A stretch of DNA of 31,756 nt, from positions 1 to 31,756 of the forward strand of contig NIVC01001725.1 in assembly GCA_002269645.1 (NCBI GenBank), given 5' to 3'. The stretch is from Macrostomum lignano. Lineage: Eukaryota. The position numbers were made by a program, and so were the translations under genes. Positions 1-9,551 of this stretch are shown piece after piece (position 1 is the stretch's first letter; each line of letters begins with the position of its first letter). A model generated the notes under the pieces. That model ran no database searches. It had not been told where the DNA came from and worked only from the letters and a program-made list of their open reading frames with translations.

Positions 1-243
1 GATCCCCAGTTGCTGAGCAGCCAGCCTCAGAGATCCCAGCTGCTAGGCCAGCCTCCCAGATCCCCAGTTGCTGGCCAGCCTCCCAGATCCTCAGTTGCTG
101 GGCCAGTCTCCCAGATCCCCAGTTGCTGGGCCAGCTCCCAGATCCTCAGTTGCTGGCCAGTCCCAGATCCTCAGTTGCTGGGCCAGTCCCAGATCCTCAG
201 TTGCTGGGCCACTGGCCGCCTCCCAGATCCTCAGTTGCTAGGC
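1..243. repeat. Degenerate minisatellite, ~26-28 nt unit (CCCAGATCCTCAGTTGCTGGGCCAGT), ~9 copies
   Basis: Directly visible; truncated by the window edge. Confidence 0.9.
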
Positions 244-311
244 CACCGCCCCCTCTTATATCTCCAGACTAAGCTCACAACTCAAATCGCAGTCTCACCC
301 TGTCCGCTCAC

Positions 312-720
312 CTCCCCACGTCAAGGTCGGAGCCGTGTTGCTCCCTGGTGATATTCGGCTATGCCTACGTTGTCGACTTCGCTCTTGATGGTGCAGCAGC
401 GCCAAGACGACGCTCCAAGGTGCGCCGAGTGAAGCGCGGCTTCGGCCCGACGATCGGCTTAAGGGCGTCGCCGCCCTGGCAATGCCGTCGCCGACTGGGG
501 CCGCTGCGTCGCGCGCAACGGTCCCGTCGTTAACAGCCACAGCGGTGGCGTCCGCTGGCGTCGCGAAGCCGGCTGGCGCCGTCGACGATGACGGCAGCGG
601 CGACAGCAGCGACGCCTATGCAGCATCCACTCCTTCATCATCGCCGACATCGTCGTTATCGCGGCCTCCGACTCCAGCGTTGCCTCGGCAGGCTCCGGCG
701 GCCTTGTCAATGTGTTGAAT
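312..720 (-). other. Probable exon of an unidentified gene running off the left edge, divergent from SPAG1
   Basis: Sharply GC-rich block ending in a consensus donor G|GTGAGC (311-306 on -), followed by a tandem array as in the other introns. No frame is open throughout and no homology was recognised. Confidence 0.3.
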
Positions 721-1806
721 AGCTCATTGCGTCAGGTGCGCTTGTCGCAGCCCAATAGTCGCGCAGCCGCCCAGGGTCACGGATGACTGACTGGCCGATG
801 ACTTTAGACTGCCAGAAATAAACTGCTGACCCAAAAACTAAACTAAGCCCAAAACCTATCTAAGGGCCGGCAAACTCCGGCCGCGAAGCCTCTCTATCCG
901 GCCTGATCAACGTTTGTGTCCCTTCTCAGCTCTCTTCTTCTCTTCTCTTTTCCTCTATCTCCTTTCTCTCTTGTCTGGTCCTCGGCCAGGAGGTGGATTG
1001 TTCATCTGGCCCTTGAGGTTAGAGGTAAACAACCCCCTCTGCCCTAACCCATTGTGAACTAGGATTGTATGGTATGGAGATAATCAAGAGAAAATTCAAG
1101 ATTCCTGCCATAAATTTTGAGACAAAAAATCTGAATAACGTTGCTTTTTAGCTTTCAGAAAATAGATAACTATTATAGAATTTCTAATGCCTTCACTCCG
1201 GTGATTAATTCTTTGACGGAATATATTCTCCATACTACTTACCAATAAGTAGGTTAGGCCATTAAAAGTGTTGAAAGTTCCATCGGCTCGTGTACAGTAG
1301 TGAAAATTTGATTTTTCCTGAATTGCCGATATGTAGTGTAGACAACTTCATAAAGCAAAAATTCTGTGTTTAAAACATACATCAGAAAAGCATCAGACTG
1401 TTAATAAAACAAGCTATTTACTTTATATGTTTATATTATTTATATATTTGATTGTATGTGATAAATATTCGTTATTCGCCGCTGTCTATAGTTCTACTAT
1501 TTACTTCAGATATTGCATGGTGTTTGGCTGGAATTAAACAGATTTTTATTCTTATGCCTGTACATAAGTAATTACTCTTTTCAGTCTATGTGTATTACTT
1601 CACGAGTAGTATGTCCTTATTTATTTCAAAAAGTTAATTTTTTGAACGACTCCAACAGGTCGTAAAATTTATATCTATAGTTTTATCTTGAGTCTTTTTT
1701 AAACTTGTCTCCTTTGCAAAGTACTTTTCGCTACATATCGGTAGTCGACCTGTTTCTAAAAAAAATTACTATTGCACTTTACGATTTCAGCCAAGCCGAT
1801 GACCCG

Positions 1807-1992
1807 ATGACTGCCCAGTTCACCAGGAGGTACAATATACCTCTGGATCATTTAGATTTTCGATACATATCGGCTGCTCGGACGTTAAAGAATTAGAAAA
1901 CATCTACAAAGTGTTGCTATCTGGCGAGGAGGGCCGCTATCCGGAGTTGGAGACCCATTGCGAGAGAGGCTCAGATTGTTGGCTCCAAACAG
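1807..1992 (+). CDS. SPAG1: SPAG1 coding exon 1 (frameshifts near 1873 and 1965)
   Basis: ATG at 1807, acceptor-like TTTCAG ending at 1790, donor AG|GTACAG at 1993. The homologous peptide continues across two frame changes. Confidence 0.8.
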
Positions 1993-4900
1993 GTACAGTT
2001 GTTTGAGTAGTTTTGGATTCAGTGTTTGTTTAAAACCGTGCTGCTTCTCAGCGTATCGCAAAAGCGGTTTTTAAGAAAAGACCAGCAATAGACATGCTCC
2101 CGTTACGGGGGATAAGCCCATTGTAAATGATACCGAAAGAGCCGTCCAAGAATCGTTGTGTTGGCGCTTATCTTTCCACTAACACAGTAGGCTAGTTAGA
2201 GTGCAATTGGAGTTCAAAAATAGGCTACACCACAGATACTAGAATAACTGGATGAGCCACTCGGGCATATATACTTAGTAAACAGCTTTCTACTTTCAGT
2301 TCAGTAGCAAATAAGAATACATAAGCTATTTTATAAAACTAATGGCAGAGCTGAAATGACTTTGATAAGTTTAGAAGCCCAAGCTTGCAGGCGTAAACAG
2401 CTTGCTAATTGGTTCAGTCATAATGTACATTAGCCAGTCCACTGAAATGTACATGGCAGCTTTAGGCTGGAATTCCGAGAGAAAGGCAATAAAATTGCAG
2501 GGGCGGGGCGGGTAGTGTGGAAAGCGGTTGGGGGGGGGTAAGAGCCAATAAATGAGCCTTGGCTTTAAAAATACATTAAAATGCTTCTGTTTAATTTACT
2601 ACTGAACTGAAAGTAGTTTACACGCATATCTCATCTTGAGGCAAAAAAGAGCCAGTACAAGTCCAATGGTTTCATTTTTCTATTTTTTATCAATTTGAAT
2701 TCCCGAATTCCGCCCTCAGCGAGTGCTACGCAAGGAGCAGCCGCCGCTTAGTGCGGCCGGCCTCGATCAGGCCGAGTGGGCCAGCATAGCGGCGGATTTG
2801 AATGCTTGGACTGCCGCAGTGAATACTAATACTGGCAGTGCCGATGCCGGCCAGGAGAAATCCAAAACCGATGCGGACGATCTCTTGCCGCCAGTTCGAG
2901 CGGCTAATGCCACTATTAACTTGAGTCCGTCTCAGCAGCAGCAGCAGATGGCTTCTTCAACAACGACTACATCCGGTCGAACTTCCGGTTCTAGCGTATC
3001 AGCCAGCTCGGCAAAACGGCCGATGCGCGTAGCTATGACGAATGGTCAAAATTGGAGAAGCAATTGGAGGCGCAGGAGGAGCGGGACGCCGCTATTTCCG
3101 CTGATGAAGCCTCCATCAAACAGGTGTTGCCCTATAGAATTCTTTATATAGAATCTATAGAACCCTTTCACAAGCTCGAAGCTTCAGATCCCCATAAGGG
3201 CCTTCAATCCCTTTCACAAGCTCGAAGCTTCAGATCCCCATAAGGGCCTTCAATTCCTTTCACAAGCTCGAAGCTTCAGATCCCCATAAGGGCCTCCAAT
3301 CCCTTTCACAAGCTCGAAGCTTCAGATCCCCATAAGGGCCTCCAATCCCTTTCACAAGCTCGAAGCTTCAGATCCCCATAAGGGCCTCCAATCCCTTTCA
3401 CAAGCTCGAAGCTTCAGATCCCCATAAGGGCCTTCAATTCCTTTCACAAGCTCGAAGCTTCAGATCTCCATAAGGGCTTTCAATCCTTTTATACTTTGGA
3501 CTACAAGTGCATGGTTAGAGGAGAAATAACTGATAGCAAAACAAAACCCCTCAGGCCAACGCTAGCAAAACTTCGCCAGCTGCAACAGCTTCTCCGGCTA
3601 GTCGAAAGATGCCCAATCTGCCCAACCGGCTGCGTGTTGACGGTCTATCTAGTGAAGAGCGAGCTCGTTTAGCCGAACAGGAGAAAGCAAAGGGCAACGA
3701 AGCGTTCCGATCGGGCGATTACGAAGAGGCGGCCCTGTACTATAGCCGGAGCGTGTCTGCCAGCCCACTGCCGGCTGCCTACAATAATAGAGCTTTCGCT
3801 TGTGAGTTTTTCGATGTTTTTTATATTTTTTTGTCATAATTTTTGCATATTTCTACTGTCAGTAGTCTGATTTAAAAAAATTAAGCTTTCGTTTGTTGTG
3901 AATTTGCGTTTGTTTTTTGTCATAATTTTTGCATATTTCTACTATCAGTAGTCTGATTTGAGTTTGCGGAAAGTTTCCGAGCTGGCATTTGGAAAATGCT
4001 GAGATGTCAATGGTTTACCGATGCATTACTATCATTATTACAGATCTAAAACTGCAAAAGTACACCGCCTGCGTAAAAGACTGCGGCCGCGTGCTCAAAG
4101 CCGAGCCAGACAACGTTAAAGCGCTGCTGCGCCGGGCCACCGCCTATCAAAAAATTCATCGAATTGTTGACGCCCGCGCAGACTTGGAGCGCCTGCTACG
4201 CCTGGACCCCGGCAGTGCGGCCGGCTCCGCTCTGCTGTCCGAACTGGATGCTGAACTGGCTAAGCGGGGCAAGACCTCCGCCTCGGCCAAGCGAATGGTT
4301 ATCGAAGAGGTTGGCAGCTCGGAAGAGGATGATGAAGACGACAATAATGCTGGATTAGAAGCTAATGGTCCAGTCAGCAACGCTCTGAACGGGCGCCATC
4401 AAGCTGCTGCTGGCGGGAGCTGCTCGACTGTGCAGTCTTCGAATAGTCAAGTTGAGACTGAGCAAGCCAGCCCGCCAGTGATGAAGGATCCATTGTCCAC
4501 CTGTATTCCCCCAGCAACAGTAGCACTGTTGAGCAACCTCAGCAGCAAGAGAAAGCCGCAGAAGCAGCCAACTCGACTAATAAAGAAAAATCCAAGAAGA
4601 AGTCCGGTAAAAAATCCAGCAACAAGAAAGCGGCAGCTGCCCAGGATGAAGCGGCGCCGGCCCAGCCTCCGGCAGACGAATTTGACGCGGCTAAAGAGGC
4701 CGGCAACCAGCTATTCAAAGCGGGCAACTATGCCCGTGCCGTGAAGCTTTACGACAAATGCAGCGAGCTGCGGCCCAATGACCCGGTGTCCTACACCAAC
4801 AGAGCCGTCTGTTACATCAAACTCGACCAGCCTAACGACGCCGTGTACGAGTGCAACATGGCGTTGGAACTCGAGCCCAACAATATGAAAGCAATTTTCA

Positions 4901-6785
4901 GGCGCGGCGTTGCCCGCAAAATGCTCGGCTTCTATCGGGAGAGCCTGCTGGATTTCAATCTGGCCAAATCGTTCGATCCGCTCAATAAGCAGATTGCTAA
5001 GGAGATTGCCGAGGTTGAATCGGCTATGCGGAAATCCGCGGGCAGGCGAGTTCTTGTTGAAGAAGTTGAAGACGAAGATGACGATGAAGAAGAAGCTGGA
5101 CAAGACGCTGCGGATGTGGCCGTTGTTCGCGAGGTTGATGGAGTTGTGACCGAGTCGAGGCTGACTGCCGCTGGTGCGGGGGGCGACACCCGAAATAAGT
5201 ACAACAGCTACCGATAAAAGTACAGTAGACTCCAATAATAGTACTCTTGTTGCCGATGTATCTGCTGCTGAGAAAAGTACACCCGAGTCGAATGAAATTA
5301 CACCGGCTGCTGATAATAGTGCAGCTGTACTTGCTAAAAGTACAAACGAAACTACTACAACATCGGCTGCTATCAAAAGTACAGCAGAGTCGAATAAAAG
5401 TGCACCAGTTGCCGACAAAAGTACTATCGAGCCTGTAAAAAGTACATTGGCTACTAAGACAAGCGTATCGTCCACCGACAAAACGACCGTCGCGTCACCG
5501 CGTTTGCAATTTCCGGAGCCAGTCGGCGACAAGCCTTCGGCCTGTGTTCGCCCAGACTGCAGCCCGTTCGAGTTTACTCAGGCCTGGCTGTCCGCAGCTC
5601 GGTCTTCTTCTCCTAGCCAGCCGGCCTCGGCAGTTCACGCCGACATGCTGACCGCCATCGAGTGCAGCCGCCTGCCGCGTCTGCTGTCCAATAAGCTGGA
5701 CGGCCTCATGCTGGCGCAGATTGTGGCCGCCGTCAGGGACCGCCTGGCCGAGCGAGACGCTCGCGCCGGCGCCAACGTGCTGCTCAGCCTGCCCGGCGCT
5801 GAACGATTCGACTTTGTCGTCATGTTCCTGGATGCCAAGGAGAAGGCCGGTCAGTGGCTTGGGCTTTGTGCTGATTGTCTGCGCTTCTGGTTTGTCTCTG
5901 ATCAGCTTGATTGTGTCTGTTGATCAGCTTGATTGTGTCCTGTTGATCAGCTTGATTGTGTCTGTTGATCAGCTTGATTGTGTCTGTTGATCAGCTTGAT
6001 TGTGTCTGTTGATCAGCTTGATTGTGTCTGTTGTTCAGCTTGATTGTGTCTGTTGTTCAGCTTGATTGTGTCTGTTGTTGATCAGCTTGATTGTGTCCTG
6101 TTGATCAGCTTGATTGTGTCTGTTGTTCAGCTTGATTGTGTCTGTTGTTCAGCTTGATTGTGTCTGTTGTTCAGCTTGATTGTGTCTGTTGTTCAGCTTG
6201 ATTGTGTCTGTTGTTCAGCTTGATTGTGTCTGTTGTTGATCAGCTTGATTGTGTCCTGTTGATCAGCTTGATTGTGTCTGTTGTTCAGCTTGATTGTGTC
6301 TGTTGTTCAGCTTGATTGTGTCTGTTGTTCAGCTTGATTGTGTCTGTTGTTCAGCTTGATTGTGTCTGTTGTTCAGCTTGATTGTGTCTGTTGTTCAGCT
6401 TGATTGTGTCTGTTGTTCAGCTTGATTGTGTCTGTTGTTCAGCTTGATTGTGTCTGTTGTTCAGCTTGATTGTGTCTGTTGTTCAGCTTGATTGTGTCTG
6501 TTGTTCAGCTTGATTGTGTCTGTTGTTCAGCTTGATTGTGTCTGTTGTTCAGCTTGATTGTGTCTGTTGTTCAGCTTGATTGTGTCTGTTGTTCAGCTTG
6601 ATTGTGTCTGTTGTTCAGCTTGATTGTGTCTGTTGTTCAGCTTGATTGTGTCTGTTGATCAGCTTGATAATCTTTATTAATCCAATGTATTTTCAGATTT
6701 GTCGGCCACAGCCGCTAAGCTGGAGTCGCTGGGCGCCCTCAGCCCAGACGAGATGCGCGCGTTGAAAACGGCCTACAAACTGTGA
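1807..6785 (+). CDS. SPAG1: SPAG1-like (sperm-associated antigen 1 / DNAAF13) TPR + RPAP3_C co-chaperone, whole gene; join(1807-1992,2720-3123,3555-3801,4044-5849,6697-6785); six apparent 1-nt frameshifts
   Basis: N-terminus YNIPLDHLDFRYI..CSDVKELENIYKVLLSGEEGRYPELETHCE matches the SPAG1-specific start (human FKIPIEHLDFKYIEKCSDVKHLEKILCVLRSGEEGYYPEL, recalled). Two TPR clusters (EKAKGNEAFRSGDYEEA; AKEAGNQLFKAGNYARA), an RPAP3_C domain (SPFEFTQAW..LPRLLSNKLDG..AERFDFVVMFL) and the end MRALKTAYKL*. All introns GT-AG. Exon sum 2732 nt, +5 -1 corrections = 2736 nt = 911 aa plus stop. Confidence 0.9.
2720..3123 (+). CDS. SPAG1: SPAG1 exon 2 (frameshifts near 2720 and 3028)
   Basis: Acceptor CCCTCAG; RVLRKEQP..AEWASIAADLNAW..LLPPVR..(P)RSYDEWSKL matches SPAG1 RALRKDKP..EEWEKIDGDIKSW..LPPVR..PRDYAEWDKF; donor CAG|GTGTTG. 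Confidence 0.8.
3163..3490. repeat. 46-nt tandem repeat x7 in SPAG1 intron 2
   Basis: Unit CCCTTTCACAAGCTCGAAGCTTCAGATCCCCATAAGGGCCTTCAAT; starts at 3163, 3209 and onward. Confidence 0.97.
3555..3801 (+). CDS. SPAG1: SPAG1 exon 3, start of first TPR cluster
   Basis: Acceptor CCCCTCAG (phase 0); LAEQEKAKGNEAFRSGDYEEAALYYSRS..AYNNRA; donor T|GTGAGT. Confidence 0.88.
3827..3959. repeat. 47-nt direct duplication (3827-3873 and 3913-3959, 1 mismatch) in SPAG1 intron 3
   Basis: TTTTTTGTCATAATTTTTGCATATTTCTACT(G/A)TCAGTAGTCTGATTT occurs twice. Confidence 0.9.
4044..5849 (+). CDS. SPAG1: SPAG1 exon 4: end of TPR1, linker, second TPR cluster, S/T-rich linker, RPAP3_C (frameshifts near 4465 and 5180)
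   Basis: Acceptor TTACAG gives Y-LKLQKY; spans track ORFs 3989, 4741 and 5174 in successive frames; donor G|GTCAGT at 5850. Confidence 0.85.
5899..6668. repeat. 22-nt minisatellite, ~35 copies, SPAG1 intron 4
   Basis: Unit TGTTG(A/T)TCAGCTTGATTGTGTC. Confidence 0.98.
6697..6785 (+). CDS. SPAG1: SPAG1 terminal exon
   Basis: Acceptor TTTTCAG; DLSATAAKLESLGALSPDEMRALKTAYKL* parallels the SPAG1 end EDIQALKRQYEL*. Confidence 0.85.
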
Positions 6786-7171
6786 TGCAGCTCGGATGCT
6801 GTTTGGAGCTCAATTTTTCCCTTTTTTCTACACGATGTTGCACTGAACTTTTTCTGCTGGTTTTGTGTCTCATCATTTAATAATAATTTCCCTTCAAGCT
6901 ACTTTGAGTAGTGTAGACGCGTTTCTTGCTTCTTAAATTTGTGACTTTCTTATATTCTTTTCCGTCCACAAGGTTATGGTGGTGAAAAATAGCGGTTTTA
7001 TAATGCCTCACTAATTCCTGAATACAAGTTTACTGGATATGTGTAACGCTGTGCTACGTTTTTTGATACAATGCAATTGTTGGTATTCTGATTTTTCGTT
7101 TATTTTTTAAATAGTTTTAGTTAGAAGTTTAATAGTTTTTAGTAGAGATAAGTCCGCGCTCGTATAGTTAC

Positions 7172-8882
7172 GATCTTGATCAGTCTGTAGGTGAGATTTA
7201 TGATCAGTCTGTAGGTGAGATCTTGATCAGTCTGTAGGTGAGATCTATGATCAGTCTGTAGGTGAGAGTCTGTATGATCAGTCTGTAGGTGAGATTTATG
7301 ATCAGTCTGTAGGTGAGATTTATGATCAGTCTGTAGGTGAGATTTGATCAGTCTGTAGGTGAGATTTATGATCAGTCTGTAGGTGAGATTTATGATCAGT
7401 CTGTAGGTGAGATTTTGATCAGTCTGTAGGTGAGATTTTGATCAGTCTGTAGGTGAGATTTTGATCAGTCTGTAGGTGAGATTTTGATCAGTCTGTAGGT
7501 GAGATTTTGATCAGTCTGTAGGTGAGATTTTTGATCAGTCTGTAGTGAGATTTTAATCAGTCTGTAGGTGAGATCTTGATCAGTCTGCAGGTGAGATTTT
7601 GATCAGTCTGTAGGTGAGATTTTAATTAGTCTGTAGGTGAGGTTTTGATCAGTCTGTAGCTGTAGGTGGGGTTTTGATCAGTCTGTAGGTGTAGGTGAGA
7701 TTTTGATCAGTCTGTAGGTGAGATTTTAATTAGTCTGTAGGTGAGGTTTTGATCAGTCTGTAGCTGTAGGTGGGGTTTTGATCAATCTGTAGGTGAGATT
7801 TTAATCAGTAGATGAGATTTTAATCAGTAAGTGAGATCTTGATCAGTCTGCAGGTGAGATTTTGATCAGTCTGTAGGTGAGATTTTAATTAGTCTGTAGG
7901 TGAGGTTTTGATCAGTCTGTAGCTGTAGGTGGGGTTTTGATCAGTCTGTAGGTGTAGGTGAGATTTTGATCAGTCTGTAGGTGAGATTTTAATTAGTCTG
8001 TAGGTGAGGTTTTGATCAGTCTGTAGGTGAGATTTTGATCAGTCTGTAGGTGAGGTTTTGATCAGTCTGTAGGTGAGATTTTGATCAGTCTGTAGGTGAG
8101 ATCTTGATCAGTCTGTAGGTGAGATTTATGATCAGTCTGTAGGTGAGTTTTTGATCAGTCTTTAGGTGAGATTTTGATCAGTCTGTAGGTGAGATTTTGA
8201 TCAGTCTGTAGGTGAGATTTTGATCAGTCTGCAAGTGAGATTTTGATCAATCTGTAGGTGAGATTTTGATCAGTCTGTAGGTGAGATTTCGATCAGTCTG
8301 TAGGTGAGATTTTGATCAGTCTGTAGGTGAGATTTCGATCAGTCTGTAGGTGAGATTTTGATCAGTCTGTAGGTGAGATTTCGATCAGTCTGTAGGTGAG
8401 ATTTTGATCAGTCTGTAGATGAGATCTTGATCAGTCTGTAGGTGAGATCTTGATCAGTCTGTAGGTGAGATTTTGATCAGTCTGTAAGTGAGATCTTGAT
8501 CAGTCTGTAGGTGAGATTTTGATCAGTCTGTAGGTGAGATTTTGATCAGTCTGTAGGTGAGATTTTGATCAGTCTGTAGGTGAGATTTTGATCAGTCTGT
8601 AGGTGAGATTTTGATCAGTCTGTAGGTGAGATTTATGATCAGTTTGTAGGTGAAGATTTATGATCAGTCTGTAGGTGAGATTTTGATCAGTCTGTAGATG
8701 AGATCTTGATCAGTCTGTAGGTGAGATCTTGATCAGTCTGTAGGTGAGATTTTGATCAGTCTGTAAGTGAGATCTTGATCAGTCTGTAGGTGAGATTTTG
8801 ATCAGTCTGTAGGTGAGATTTTGATCAGTCTATAGGTGAGATTTTGATCAGTAGGTGAGATCTCGATCAGTCTGCAGGTGAG
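7172..8882. repeat. 23-nt minisatellite, ~70+ copies, between SPAG1 and CCT7
   Basis: Unit GATTTTGATCAGTCTGTAGGTGA. Confidence 0.98.
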
Positions 8883-9096
8883 AATTTGAGCAGCATATGG
8901 ACGAGTGTCGCTGATGCCTGCATTTCGAGTTCAGAGTCGATTTTCAGTTAGTGCCATAGACGAAACGGCAGTTCGTATTTATTAAGCACCATAGTAACTC
9001 CATCTCTGCTCTATTTTCTTACTGCATGCAAAAGCAAGCAAGTAAATTTCAACTGCAAAACCGGAACTCAATAGTTAACAGCTTATTATCATCATC

Positions 9097-9551
9097 ATGA
9101 CTCAGCAAATCCAGCCCAGAATCATCCTGCTGAAGGAGGGCACCGACTCCTCGCAGGGCCTGCCGCAGATCATCTCCAACATCAACGCCTGCCAGGCCAT
9201 AGCCGAGGCCGTGCGCACCACCCTGGGGCCCCGCGGCATGGACAAACTGATCATCGACGACCGCAAGAAGGCCACCATCTCCAACGATGGCGCCACCATT
9301 TTGAAGCTGCTCAACGTTGTACACCCGGCCGCTAGAATCCTGGTTGACATCGCCAAATCGCAGGATGCTCAAGTTGGCGACGGTACAACCAGCGTAGTGA
9401 TTCTGGCCTGCGAGTTCCTTCGTCAGATGAAGCCGTTCCTAGAGGAGGGCGTCCACCCCAGGGTGGTGATCCACGCCCTGCGCAGGGGCACCCAGCTGGC
9501 TCTGGACCGGCTGGATGAGATCGCCGTTAAGATCGCTAAGGACGATCCTGC
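9097..9551 (+). CDS. CCT7: CCT7 exon 1
   Basis: [19 protein letters not shown]; donor GC|GTGAGT (phase 2). Confidence 0.96.

Noticed and set aside
1860-5190. Programmed ribosomal frameshifting in SPAG1
   Set aside because: No shared slippery heptamer or stimulatory structure at the six sites, one site is at a splice junction, and indel error or decay is far simpler.
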